This document shows, piece by piece, positions 1-10,458 of a stretch of 64,000 bases of DNA. The DNA comes from an uncultured Gemmatimonadales bacterium (lineage in GTDB: Bacteria; Gemmatimonadota; Gemmatimonadetes; Longimicrobiales; Longimicrobiaceae), in contig OY970303.1 of assembly GCA_963716255.1 (NCBI GenBank), forward strand, positions 8,320,001 through 8,384,000. The letters run 5' to 3'. Within the stretch, counting starts at the first letter, position 1. Each line of letters begins with the position of its first letter. The translations under genes were made by a program, and so were the position numbers. A model generated the notes under the pieces. The model was not told where the DNA came from, searched no databases, and worked only from the letters and a program-made list of their open reading frames with translations.

Positions 1-189
1 CACCACCTGGTCCCAGGGGACCGGCTCGCCCTTCCTGTCCTTACAGACCCGCTCGTAGCCCAGGGGGCAGTGGTCCTTCTCGCGGAGGAGCTTGAAGCTG
101 ATCCCCTCCTCGCGCACCGCGCTGTGCAGACCGACCGGGATGTTCACCAGGCCGAAGTTGATGCTGCCCTTCCAGATGGTGCTCGCCAT
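1..189 (-). CDS. ku: Ku (NHEJ DNA end-binding) protein, N-terminal part; gene runs off the window edge
   Basis: Manual translation from ATG at 189: MASTIWKGSINFGLVNIPVGLHSAV...ISFKLL...PLGYERVC...GEPVPWDQVV, the typical bacterial Ku N-terminus. Confidence 0.9.
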   Translation of the reverse strand, partial: MASTIWKGSINFGLVNIPVGLHSAVREEGISFKLLREKDHCPLGYERVCKDRKGEPVPWDQVV

Positions 190-238
190 GGGTGCCTCGG
201 GTGTCGTACCGTGTCCCGTCTCAGGGGATGGGGCCAAA

Positions 239-254
239 AGCAAATCGGATGCCG
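239..254 (-). promoter_or_regulatory. sigma54-type -24/-12 promoter for ku
   Basis: Minus strand reads CGGCATCCGATTTGCT, matching YGGCAC-N5-TTGCW with correct GG-N10-GC spacing. Confidence 0.6.
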
Positions 255-378
255 CCGCATCGCCTAAATAGGCTTTAGGCATGATGTTACGAGTTACGTA
301 TCGCGTAACAAAGCTTTCGTCGGGGCACGCGAAGTGCTATGTTGTGGAAGCCCTTGGAACCGCCGACCCGGGTGAGAG

Positions 379-990
379 ATGATCGCGCTTCCCAGCACCG
401 AACCCCCGCGCAGCCCGGGGCAGCTCCTCAAGGACGCGCTGCAGGGCTCCGCCGACGCCCAGGACCTGCACGCCGTGCGGCTGGGGATCTCGCGCCGCAG
501 GCTCAACGAGATCCTCAACGAGCGCCGCGGCGTCACCGCCGACTCGGCGCTGCGGCTGGCCCGCTACCTGGGCACCACGCCGGAGTTCTGGCTGGAGGCG
601 CAGACCGCGCACGACCTGGCGGAGGCCTGCCGCGATCGCCGGCTGATGCGCGAGATCGAGGGGATCGTCCCGCTGCGCTCCGCCGGCTCGCGCCCGCACG
701 GCGTGCTCCGGCTGGTGGGCGCCGCGGACCCCGGGGAGGCCGGAGAGGCGCCCGCCGCCGCGGACGCGCCCCCGCCGGAGGGCGAGGCCGACGCCGCCCT
801 GCGGCGCGAGATGGAGCTGCTGAGGGCCGCGGTGGCGCGGCAGGGGCGCGAGCTGAGAGAAGCGGCCATGCTCAGGGAGTTCCTGCGGGGAAAGGGCCTC
901 CTGCGGGAGGCCGAGCGGTACGCGCGGGTGAAGTCGTCGCTGCAGGGGATGGAGCCCGAGGGAGAACCGGCCGCCGCGCGGGAGGACTGA
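379..990 (+). CDS. HigA/VapI-family HTH antitoxin-like protein with C-terminal coiled-coil extension
   Basis: PGQLL...LAVRLGISRRRLNEILNERRGVTADSALRLARYLGTTPEFWLEAQ..HDL is the HigA signature. Confidence 0.85.
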   Translation: MIALPSTEPPRSPGQLLKDALQGSADAQDLHAVRLGISRRRLNEILNERRGVTADSALRLARYLGTTPEFWLEAQTAHDLAEACRDRRLMREIEGIVPLRSAGSRPHGVLRLVGAADPGEAGEAPAAADAPPPEGEADAALRREMELLRAAVARQGRELREAAMLREFLRGKGLLREAERYARVKSSLQGMEPEGEPAAARED

Positions 991-1123
991 GCGGCGGCGA
1001 GCGGGCCGCGCGCCGTGCTTGCCCGGCGGGGCCGCCGCGGCGTAGATTGCAGCTCTCCCCGTCGCGCCACGGCTCCCCCGGCGCGCTCCCGTCCCCGGCG
1101 GCCAAACACGCCGAACAGGCGAC

Positions 1124-1921
1124 ATGTCCCACGTCATCGCCATCGCCAACCAGAAGGGCGGGGTCGGCAAGACCACGACCGCGGTCAACCTCGGCGCCAG
1201 CCTGGCCGCGGCGGAGCTGCGCACGCTCATCATCGACCTGGACCCGCAGGGAAACACCACCAGCGGGCTGGGCGTGGACCCCTACGAGCAGAGCGCCTCC
1301 CTGTACAGCGTGCTGCTGGACATGGCGCCGCTGGGAATGGCCATCTCGCGCTCCGTGCACCTTCCCCTGCTGGACGTGGTCCCCACCACGGTCGACCTGG
1401 CCGGCGCCGAGGTGGAGCTCCCCGAGATGCCCGAGTGGCAGCTCCGCCTGCGCGGCGCGCTCGCCAGCCTGCGGGGGCTCTACGACTACGTCCTGCTGGA
1501 CTGCTCCCCTTCCTTCTCCGTGCTCACGCTCAACGCCCTGAGCGCCGCCGACTCGGTGCTCGTGCCCGTGCAGGCCGAGTACTTCGCGCTGGAGGGACTG
1601 TCGCAGTTCACCGACCTGGTGCGCGTCGTCCGGCAGCACCTCAACCCGGGGCTCCGCGTGGAGGGCGTGCTGCTCACCATGGTGGACCCGCGCCTCGGGC
1701 TCACGCGGCAGGTGACGGACGAAGTCCGCAGGCACTTCGGCGCCGAGCTGCTTCAGACGGTGATCCCCCGCAACGTCACCCTGGCCGAGGCGCCGGGGTT
1801 CGGCAAGCCGGTGCTCACCTACCGGATCGACTCCGCCGGCGCGCAGGCGTACCTGGCCCTCGCCCGCGAGATCATCGGCCGCACGCGCGCCCCGCGCATG
1901 CCCCGGCGGGCCGCCGGCTGA
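1124..1921 (+). CDS. parA: ParA/Soj family ATPase
   Basis: IAIANQKGGVGKTTT deviant Walker A, DLDPQGN, PVQAEYFALEGL, IPRNVTLAEAP.FG.P. Confidence 0.92.
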   Translation: MSHVIAIANQKGGVGKTTTAVNLGASLAAAELRTLIIDLDPQGNTTSGLGVDPYEQSASLYSVLLDMAPLGMAISRSVHLPLLDVVPTTVDLAGAEVELPEMPEWQLRLRGALASLRGLYDYVLLDCSPSFSVLTLNALSAADSVLVPVQAEYFALEGLSQFTDLVRVVRQHLNPGLRVEGVLLTMVDPRLGLTRQVTDEVRRHFGAELLQTVIPRNVTLAEAPGFGKPVLTYRIDSAGAQAYLALAREIIGRTRAPRMPRRAAG

Positions 1922-2106
1922 GCATTCCGGCGGCACGCGGCGGGTTCTTCCCGTTCCTTTCCGATACCTTCCGTTACACCATTTTCGGCCCCCGCGGGAC
2001 GATTCTCCGCGCCCCCATTCAGCCACCGGAAAGCAAGTGCCGCCCCCGCATCAACTTACACGTAAACCTTTACTATACTTGTACTTAACGTAATCGTCAC
2101 AACCCG

Positions 2107-2135
2107 TTGACGCACCCGGTCTACCGCCCTATACT
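2107..2135 (+). promoter_or_regulatory. sigma70-type promoter
   Basis: TTGACG-17 nt-TATACT upstream of ORF 2238. Confidence 0.7.
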
Positions 2136-2237
2136 TGTCGGGCCGAGAACAGCACACCGCATCTCCCTGAAGTCCCGATCCCTCTCGTTCTGCGCTTCGA
2201 ACGTTCCTTCTTTCGGTCCCGCCCGGGGGTTTTCAAG

Positions 2238-2429
2238 ATGGCAGATCTGCGTCCGGTCACGTTGAGCCTCGACCTTCCGTCCGACGTCGCCGCACAGGTG
2301 GAGGCGCTTCAGCGGGAGCAGCCGGAGGTCCTGAGCCAGGGACTTCGCTACGTGGTGCTCCGGCGCGAGATCTTCAACGTGCTCGCCACCGCCGGAGCGG
2401 GGCGCCTGGAGCCGAGGCTGTTGACGTAG
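2238..2429 (+). CDS. small hypothetical protein, possibly ribbon-helix-helix
   Basis: Follows a strong promoter; alternating VTLSLDL strand followed by amphipathic helices. Confidence 0.6.
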   Translation: MADLRPVTLSLDLPSDVAAQVEALQREQPEVLSQGLRYVVLRREIFNVLATAGAGRLEPRLLT

Positions 2430-2488
2430 TCGCAATGGGAGCGTATTAGTTGGTGTGGGGACAATGCCGCTGCTACGCTCCCGACCCC

Positions 2489-2842
2489 ATGCCGCAACTC
2501 GAAGCAAACGAGCTCAGGACCCGGTACACAGACTGGTGCTCGGCGCGCATTGCCGAGCACCTGCTGGCCATGTCGCCGGAAGAGGTGTTCCTGCTCAGCG
2601 AGAGGGGCACCCGCAGCGACGAGACCCCGGCGCCGGACGAGGCGGCGGGGTCGTTTGCATTGCACAGCCGGTACTCGCGCGCCGAGCAGAGCATCCGGGC
2701 GGCGTACCAGGAGCTGGGGCTTCCCGCGTTCGAGGAGTGGCTGGCCGAGTACGCGGCCGATCCGGCCCGGTTCGACGCGGACATCCTGGGGTTCCGCCGT
2801 GCCGCCGAGCGAGGAGATCGGCTTCCCCGTACAGGCACGTAG
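2489..2842 (+). CDS. hypothetical protein
   Basis: Protein-like composition (YTDWCSARIAE...LPAFEEWLAEY) and GC3-biased codons; ATG at 2489. Confidence 0.7.
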   Translation: MPQLEANELRTRYTDWCSARIAEHLLAMSPEEVFLLSERGTRSDETPAPDEAAGSFALHSRYSRAEQSIRAAYQELGLPAFEEWLAEYAADPARFDADILGFRRAAERGDRLPRTGT

Positions 2843-2859
2843 AGTGTAACTGCGGGTTC

Positions 2860-2988
2860 GGGCGTGTCCCCGGCTGGCGCCGGGGTCGGGCTTCGGCTCC
2901 GTAACGCACGAAACAACCGTGCGTTACGGAGTCGAGCCCCGGCAAACTGCCGCCGGGTCTCGCCCCTTCGGGCCGTAATCCCTCACGC
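2860..2988 (+). repeat. ~130-bp structured intergenic repeat, copy A
   Basis: GGGCGTG...ATCCCTCACGC; 11 near-identical copies in the window. Confidence 0.95.
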
Positions 2989-3015
2989 GGGGCTCGCGCT
3001 GGCGTCCGCTGAGGG

Positions 3016-3071
3016 CCCCCACCCGGCTCGCTTAGGCTCGCCACCCTCCCCCAATTCTGGGGGAGGGCTTT
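3016..3071 (+). repeat. secondary palindromic module (CCCTCCCCCAATTCTGGGGGAGGG type)
   Basis: Near-identical to 25895-25950. Confidence 0.85.
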
Positions 3072-3188
3072 CTGTCGTGCGGGGTTGTTGCCGTTGCGAT
3101 CTGCGCAGGGAGGTCGGGGGAGGGTCCACAGGCGGTGCGTTTTTTCGAAGCCAGCGTGATCCAACCCTCGCGCGGAGGGCTGGCGAGT

Positions 3189-3228
3189 TTCGCACCGCCG
3201 GAGGAGCCTCCCCCGGCCGACCCCATAC
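3189..3228 (+). repeat. tertiary 40-bp repeat module
   Basis: Matches 40646-40685 with 2 mismatches. Confidence 0.8.
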
Positions 3229-3292
3229 ACTGCACCATCCGCAGCGCGCCCGTCGTTCCCTGCCCCGCCGAGCTGCGCTTCCGGACCGACGT

Positions 3293-4291
3293 TCAGCTGC
3301 CGGTCCTCACCCGCCCCGGAGGCTCCTCGCCGCGCTCGAAGGCGCTGACGTTGGCGAGCGTGGTGTCCGCGATGGCGTGGAGGGCTTCCTCGGTGAAGAA
3401 GCCCTGGTGCGCCGTAACCAGCACGTTGGGAAAGGTCAGCAGGCGCGCGAAGACGTCGTCAGCGATCACGTCGCCGGAGTGGTCCTCGAAGAACAGCTCC
3501 GCCTCCTCCTCGTACACGTCCAGCCCCAGCGCCCCGATCCTGCCGCGCTTCAGCGCGTCGATCACCGCGGGCGTGTCCACCAGCGCGCCGCGGCCCGTGT
3601 TGATCAGCATCACGCCGTCCTTCATGCGCGCGAGCGCGGCGGCATCGACCACGTGGTGGGTCTCGGGGGTGAGCGGGCAGTGCAGCGCGACCACGTCCGC
3701 CTCCGCGAACAGCGTGGCCAGGGGAACGTAGCGGGCGCCCAGCGCCTCCACCTCCGGCCGGGGGTACGGGTCCGCCGCGAGCAGCCGGCAGCCGAAGCCG
3801 GCCATGATGCGCGCGAACGCCTCGCCGATCTTTCCCGTCCCCACCACGCCCACGGTCCGGCCGTGCAGGTCGAAGCCCAGCAGCCCGTCCAGGGAGAAGT
3901 TGCCCTCCCGCACCCGGTTGTACGCCCGGTGGATCTTACGGTCCAGCGCCAGGATCAACCCCACGGCGTGCTCCGCCACCGCGTAGGGCGAATAGGCCGG
4001 GACGCGCGTCACCACCATCCCCAGCTCCCCGGCCGCGCGGAGGTCCACGTGGTTGAACCCCGCCGAGCGCAGCGCCACCAGCCCGGTCCCGCCCTCCGCC
4101 AGCGTCCGGAGCACCCCGGCCGAGAGCTGGTCGTTCACGAACGCGCATACCGCCGGGAAGCCGCGCGCGAGCGGCGCGGTCTCCGGGGTGAGGCGCGGCT
4201 CCAGGAAGACGAGCTCGTGTCCGTGGGACGCGTTGGCCGCCTCGATCGACTCCCGGTCGTAGCGTTTGGTGCTGAAGACCGCGATCCTCAT
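3293..4291 (-). CDS. ldhA: D-lactate dehydrogenase-like 2-hydroxyacid dehydrogenase
   Basis: [56 protein letters not shown]. Confidence 0.93.
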   Translation of the reverse strand: MRIAVFSTKRYDRESIEAANASHGHELVFLEPRLTPETAPLARGFPAVCAFVNDQLSAGVLRTLAEGGTGLVALRSAGFNHVDLRAAGELGMVVTRVPAYSPYAVAEHAVGLILALDRKIHRAYNRVREGNFSLDGLLGFDLHGRTVGVVGTGKIGEAFARIMAGFGCRLLAADPYPRPEVEALGARYVPLATLFAEADVVALHCPLTPETHHVVDAAALARMKDGVMLINTGRGALVDTPAVIDALKRGRIGALGLDVYEEEAELFFEDHSGDVIADDVFARLLTFPNVLVTAHQGFFTEEALHAIADTTLANVSAFERGEEPPGRVRTGS

Positions 4292-4850
4292 GCGTCCGCT
4301 TCACCCTCCGGCACCAGGAACCACGCCACCGCCTCGCGGGCGATGTCCGCCGGGACCGTGTGGCCGCCTTCGAACTCGTGGTAGGTCACGTCGTACCCGG
4401 CGCGGCTCACCCGCGGGACGATCCTGCGGCTGCACGCGTCGATGGGGAGCACCCGGTCCGCGGTGCCGTGGAAGATGAACAGGCGCGGCGCTCCCTCCTG
4501 CCGGGCGGGCGCCATGAAGCCGGCGGAGAAGGCGATCACGCGGGTGAACAGGCCGCCGTTCATGGTCCCCATGGAGAACGCGTACGAGGCCCCGTCCGAG
4601 AAGCCGCCCACCGCGAGTCGCTCCGGGGCCACCGCCACCCGCCCGAACGCCTCGCCCAGGGCGTGGTCCAGCGCCTCCACGTCGGGGCCGTAGCCGCCGC
4701 GCATCACGTCCCACGTCTGGTGGGCCGAGTCGGTGGCGAGCAGCAGCATCCCCGACATCGTCCGCCAGCGGCATCAGCGCGGCCAGCCCGTTCCGCGCGT
4801 CGCCTCCGGCCCCGTGGAACATCACCGCCAGCGGCGGCGCCTCCCCGGCG
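4288..4850 (-). pseudogene. phospholipase/carboxylesterase (alpha/beta hydrolase), frameshifted
   Basis: PLAVMFHGAGG is in one frame; GFSDGA and EFEGGH are in another; the shift lies at a G run near 4750-4753; 5' end degraded. Confidence 0.75.
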
Positions 4851-4912
4851 CCCCCGGCCACCCGGGAAGAACCCGGGGAGCAGGTTGCGGGCCGCCGCGC
4901 CACGCACCACCC

Positions 4913-5045
4913 GCATGAGGGATTCCGGCCCGCAGGGGAGAGACCCGGCGGGGTAGTTTCCGCCGGGGCTCGACTCCGTTACGCACAGTTTTATCGTGCG
5001 TTACGGAGCCGAAGCCCGACCCCGGCGCCAGCCGGGGGCATGCCC
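4913..5045 (-). repeat. ~130-bp structured repeat, copy B
   Basis: Reverse-complement copy; both termini changed to GCATG/CATGC. Confidence 0.95.
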
Positions 5046-5076
5046 GCACCCCTCCTTTCCGTTCTCAGTACGAACG

Positions 5077-5108
5077 AAAAACCCCACCGCAACCAGTGCG
5101 GCGGGGTC
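5077..5108 (-). terminator. probable intrinsic terminator
   Basis: GC stem-loop followed by TTTTT on the minus strand, downstream of the CDS ending at 5135. Confidence 0.6.
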
Positions 5109-5134
5109 GTCCCGTTCCCCTTCTTCAGTTCAGC

Positions 5135-6166
5135 TTACCGCGCGACCGCAAAACCCGTGACCGCGAGCGACGGCTGCGTGGTGAAGGCGTGCGCCACGGC
5201 CAGCCCGTCGGAGGCGGTGGTCACCGGCACGCCCAGGAGCCAGAGCGCCGTCGCCGCCGTGTCCATGGTGCGGATCCCGTCGGCCAGCTGGGTGCCGCCG
5301 CGGACGCCCTTGCCCCAGGTGATCCAGGGGATGGTCACGTCGCGCGGGTCGCTGCTGCCATGGTTCCAGCCGTGCCCGCCGTGGTCCGCGGTGACGATCA
5401 CGGTGTAGTTCCCCTTGCCGAACGCCCGGTCCGACGCCTCCAGCACCGACTCCACCGCGTCGTCGGCCTGGCGCACCGCGCGGCCGTACATCCACCCCAT
5501 CCACCCCCAGAAGTGCCCCGCGTAGTCCGGCTCCCCGATGTGCACGAACATCAGGTTGGGCCTGTCGGTCTCCAGGTACGCCTCCACCTGGCGCACCGTC
5601 TGGGCGGCGGTCAGCTTGCCCGTCCGGGGGGAGTTGACGTGGCTCAGCGACTGCGGCACCTCCAGGTGGTGGAACTTGGTCTTGCTGAAGAACGCCGCCG
5701 TCTTCAGGCCGCGCGCGTGCGCCGCCGCGAAGATCGTGGGCACCTCCACCACGCCGTGCGTCTCGGTCTCGTCCGTGTTCCAGGTGATGCCGTGGTCCGC
5801 CGGCTCCACCCCGGTGAGCATGGAGGTGTGCGACGGGAGCGTCTTGCTGGGCATGATGGTGCGCGCCGCCAGCGTGTAGCTCCCCTCGCGCATCAGCCGC
5901 TGGAGCGTCCCCGCGCGGAAGCGGCGGATGGCGTCGGGGCGCAGCCCGTCGAGCGAGATCACCACCACGTGCTGCGTGAAGCCGCCGTGGAACGGGGTGG
6001 TCACCGAGGGCGTGCCCGGGTTCGCGGGCGTCACCTCGGCCCTGAAGTCGAAGCGCGCCAGGTCGTCCAGGTCGAATTCCGCCGGCCACGAAAAGGCGCC
6101 CAGCACGACCACGGACGACAGCACGGACAGCGCCCGGACGGGGATGCGGCGTCGAAGGGTAGGCAT
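5135..6166 (-). CDS. alkaline phosphatase superfamily (nucleotide pyrophosphatase/phosphodiesterase), exported
   Basis: VVVISLDGLRPD, SKTLPSHTSMLTG, EPDYAGH, VTADHGG motifs; N-terminal hydrophobic segment. Confidence 0.88.
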   Translation of the reverse strand: MPTLRRRIPVRALSVLSSVVVLGAFSWPAEFDLDDLARFDFRAEVTPANPGTPSVTTPFHGGFTQHVVVISLDGLRPDAIRRFRAGTLQRLMREGSYTLAARTIMPSKTLPSHTSMLTGVEPADHGITWNTDETETHGVVEVPTIFAAAHARGLKTAAFFSKTKFHHLEVPQSLSHVNSPRTGKLTAAQTVRQVEAYLETDRPNLMFVHIGEPDYAGHFWGWMGWMYGRAVRQADDAVESVLEASDRAFGKGNYTVIVTADHGGHGWNHGSSDPRDVTIPWITWGKGVRGGTQLADGIRTMDTAATALWLLGVPVTTASDGLAVAHAFTTQPSLAVTGFAVAR

Positions 6167-6355
6167 GGGCTTTCCTCCAGCTCGGGGGCGGGGCCGCGCG
6201 GCAGCGAGCCCGTGGAGCAGGCGCGGGAGAGCGCCGGCCGGCACGGGAGGCCACGATCTATCTTTTTCGCGTGTAATAACTTAACACATCGGGAAAAGTT
6301 CCGGTAGACGGACGGGTGGCAACGCCCGGCCTTCGAGACTTGCCGCCGCGGAGAC

Positions 6356-6393
6356 AAAAAGAAGAGGCGCCCCGGCGTGTGCCGGGGCGCCTC
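6356..6393 (-). terminator. intrinsic terminator of rplU-rpmA
   Basis: GAGGCGCCCCGGC/GCCGGGGCGCCTC perfect stem plus TTCTTTTT. Confidence 0.8.
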
Positions 6394-6418
6394 GTGCCGC
6401 CAGGTGCCGCGCGCCGCC

Positions 6419-6724
6419 TCAGTCGGCGGCAACGTCCAGCGGGGTCTCCGCCTCGACGGCCTCGGCCAGCTGGAGCGGGAGCACCGAGACCTTCTTGCGG
6501 TCCTTGTCCAGGCGGCCGAACTGCACGTGGCCGTCGACGAGCGCGAAGAGGGTGTCGTCGCTCCCGATGCCGACGTTCTGGCCCGGGTGCAGCTTGGTGC
6601 CGCGCTGGCGCATGATGATGTTGCCGGCGCGGACGAACTCGCCGCCGAACTTCTTCACGCCCAGGCGCTGCGCGTTCGAATCGCGGCCGTTGCGGGTCGA
6701 GCCGCCGCCCTTCTTATGTGCCAT
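6419..6724 (-). CDS. rpmA: 50S ribosomal protein L27
   Basis: [24 protein letters not shown]. Confidence 0.98.
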   Translation of the reverse strand: MAHKKGGGSTRNGRDSNAQRLGVKKFGGEFVRAGNIIMRQRGTKLHPGQNVGIGSDDTLFALVDGHVQFGRLDKDRKKVSVLPLQLAEAVEAETPLDVAAD

Positions 6725-6735
6725 GGCCGGTCTCC

Positions 6736-7050
6736 TTAGCCCAGGTTGATCTCGTTGACGCGGACCTCGGTGAACTTCTGCCGATGTCCCTGCTTGCGCC
6801 GGTAGTTCTTGCGCCGCTTGTGCTTGAAGATGATGATCTTCTCGCCCTTGCCGTGCCGGAGCACCTCAGCCGTCACCGCCGCGCCGGAAACCAGGGGGGC
6901 GCCGACCTTGACCTGGTCGCCCTCGGCGCCGAGGAGGATGTCCTCGAAGCGAAGGGTCTCACCCGGCTCGATGTCGACGGACGGAATGCGAAGCGTCTTA
7001 CCCGGCTCGGCCCGGAACTGCTTGCCGCCGGTGCGGATGATGGCGTACAT
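6736..7050 (-). CDS. rplU: 50S ribosomal protein L21
   Basis: [11 protein letters not shown]...[14 protein letters not shown]. Confidence 0.98.
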   Translation of the reverse strand: MYAIIRTGGKQFRAEPGKTLRIPSVDIEPGETLRFEDILLGAEGDQVKVGAPLVSGAAVTAEVLRHGKGEKIIIFKHKRRKNYRRKQGHRQKFTEVRVNEINLG

Positions 7051-7103
7051 GGTTGGTTGGACTCCCGTGATTCGGACAAGAACCGAAACAAATGCAAGCT
7101 CTG

Positions 7104-7132
7104 AATATCACCGTAAACCGGGACTCTGTCAA
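7104..7132 (-). promoter_or_regulatory. sigma70-type promoter for rplU
   Basis: TTGACA-17 nt-GATATT. Confidence 0.6.
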
Positions 7133-7153
7133 GCGGACGCCAGCTCGGACCCC

Positions 7154-7278
7154 GCGTGAGGGATGCGAGCGCGAAGCGGCGAGCCCCGCGGCAGTTTGCG
7201 GGGCTCGCCTACGTTGCAAACGGTAGTATCGTTTGCTACGGAGCCGCAGCCCGACCCGGCGCGAGCCGGGGCACGCCC
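7154..7278 (-). repeat. ~130-bp structured repeat, copy C (most diverged)
   Basis: Same termini and architecture; central stem GCAAACG/CGTTTGC. Confidence 0.9.
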
Positions 7279-7295
7279 GAACCGTCGCTGCTTCC

Positions 7296-8849
7296 CTACC
7301 CCAGCGCGTACTTCTGCGTCAGGTCCTGGCTGGACGATCCCGAAACGATCTTGTAGTCGTCCTGCCGGAGCAGCGGGTCGTCGCGCAGCGTCACCTTGAT
7401 CTTGGTCTCGCGGTCCAGCCGCTTGGCGAAGTCGCGCTCCTCCTCCAGCACGTAGAGCGCCACCTCCGGGTGCACCCGGGCCACGAGCGAGCGCTCCTTG
7501 CCGTCGGTGGCGGCGCGGCGCACCGCCCGCTCGATCCGCCGCACGATGGTCTCCGGGGTGAAGATGCGCCCGGTGCCGGAGCAGCAGGGGCACGCCTCGG
7601 TCTGCGACTGGTAGAGCGACTGGCGGACGCGCTGCCGGGTCATCTCGATCAGCCCCAGCTCCGACACCTGGAACGCCTTGGTGCGGGCGCGGTCGCGGGC
7701 CAGGTGCGTGCGCAGCTCCTGGAGGACGCGCTCCCGGTTCTGTTTGGACTCCATGTCGATGAAGTCGCAGACGATGATCCCGCCGGTGTCGCGGAGCCGG
7801 ATCTGCCGGGCGATCTCCTTGGCCGCGTCCAGGTTGGTCTTGAGGATCGTTTTTTCCGGGTCCTTCTTGCCGGTGTAGCGCCCGGTGTTGACGTCGATGG
7901 AGACCAGCGCCTCGGTGGGCTCGATGATGATGTAGCCGCCCGAGGGGAGCGTCACCCTGCGCTGGAAGGCCTCGTGGATCGCCTTCTCGATCCCCAGCGC
8001 GTCGAAGAGCGGCACCGGCTCCTCGTACAGGTGCACCCGCTCCACCAGCGTGGGGTCCACCAGTTCCAGGTACTTGACCACCTCGGCGTGGACGTCGCGG
8101 CTGTCCACCGTCAGCGAGTCCACCTTCTGTGAGAACAGGTCGCGGATGATCCCGGCCGTGAGCTTCGCCTCGCGGTGCACCGGCGCGGGGGCGCGGCCCC
8201 GCTTGGCCCGCTTCTGGATCTGCTTCCACGTCCCCATCAGCGAGTTGAGCTCGCGCTGGAAGGTCTCCTGCGTGAGCTCCTCGCCCACGGTGCGCACGAT
8301 GACGCCGCCGGCGCCCTCCGGCAGGATCCCCCGGGCGAGCGCGCGCAGGCGGGACCGCTCCTCGCGGTCCTCGATCTTGCGCGACACGCCCACGTGGTCC
8401 GAGGGCGGGGGCATGAACACCAGGAAGCGGCCGGGGAGCGAGATGTTCGCCGTGACCCGCGGCCCCTTGGTGCTGATGGGCTCCTTGGAGACCTGCACCA
8501 CCAGCTCCTGCCCCTTCTTGACCACGTCCTGGATGGGCGGGTAGCGGCGGGAGCGCCTGCGGTCCCCCTCCTCCTCGTCCTCTTCCTCGGCGGCGCCGGC
8601 GGCCCCGCCGCCGTTGGTCTCCTCCTGGGCCACGTCGGAAACGTGCAGGAAGGCCGCCTTCTCCGTGCCGATGTCGACGAAGGCCGCCTGGATCCCGGGG
8701 AGGACCGCGTCCACCTTGCCCAGGTAGATGTCGCCCACCATGCGCCCCGCGTCGGGGCGGTCCACCATCAGCTCCACCAGGACGTCGTCCTCGAGGATGG
8801 CGACGCGCGTCTCCTTGGCGGTCGTGTTCATCAGGATCTCGCGCTTCAC
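7296..8849 (-). CDS. rng: Rne/Rng family ribonuclease (RNase G-like)
   Basis: VLPGIQAAFVDIG, KEPISTKGPR, IDVNTG, LRDTGGIIVCDFIDM; GTG start inferred. Confidence 0.93.
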   Translation of the reverse strand: MKREILMNTTAKETRVAILEDDVLVELMVDRPDAGRMVGDIYLGKVDAVLPGIQAAFVDIGTEKAAFLHVSDVAQEETNGGGAAGAAEEEDEEEGDRRRSRRYPPIQDVVKKGQELVVQVSKEPISTKGPRVTANISLPGRFLVFMPPPSDHVGVSRKIEDREERSRLRALARGILPEGAGGVIVRTVGEELTQETFQRELNSLMGTWKQIQKRAKRGRAPAPVHREAKLTAGIIRDLFSQKVDSLTVDSRDVHAEVVKYLELVDPTLVERVHLYEEPVPLFDALGIEKAIHEAFQRRVTLPSGGYIIIEPTEALVSIDVNTGRYTGKKDPEKTILKTNLDAAKEIARQIRLRDTGGIIVCDFIDMESKQNRERVLQELRTHLARDRARTKAFQVSELGLIEMTRQRVRQSLYQSQTEACPCCSGTGRIFTPETIVRRIERAVRRAATDGKERSLVARVHPEVALYVLEEERDFAKRLDRETKIKVTLRDDPLLRQDDYKIVSGSSSQDLTQKYALG

Positions 8850-9146
8850 GCCGCCCCCTTCCCCGCGGCGCGGGAGGGGCACGGCCGCTCCACGCACGAT
8901 CTTCCCGGGCGGGCGCACCCGGGCGCCCGCCGCTCCTTGGATGTATGCATCCGACACCTTCTTCCGTGCGCCCGCCTGCGCGGGCGCGGCACACGGCCCG
9001 CCGTGCCGGCGATCTGCCGGCTCAGGATGCCCCGGTCCGGGACGGACGTCGCGTCCCGGCGCGCACTGGCTGCCCCGCCCTCGGGCGGTGGCGTGCGTGC
9101 CGGCGAGCGGCGTTCCCCCGGGGCCGGTGCGGCACCCGTCGGGCTC

Positions 9147-10358
<1,212 letters not shown>

Positions 10359-10458
10359 GATCGTCCGATGTGGGGCGGCGCGTCGGGCGCGAAAAACGGT
10401 GGAATCTAAGCCCGCGCGCGCCGCCCGGAAAGTGACCCCGGGGGCCGCGGAGGGTCGG

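Noticed and set aside
2872..2890. Resemblance of GCTGGCGCCGG to the HDV ribozyme
   Set aside because: The segment forms a simple local hairpin; I could not build the nested double pseudoknot.
2860..2988. Repeat as an integron attC site
   Set aside because: The AAC/GTT triplets are internal and not conserved, the ends lack RYYYAAC/GTTRRRY boxes, orientation is mixed and there is no integron integrase.
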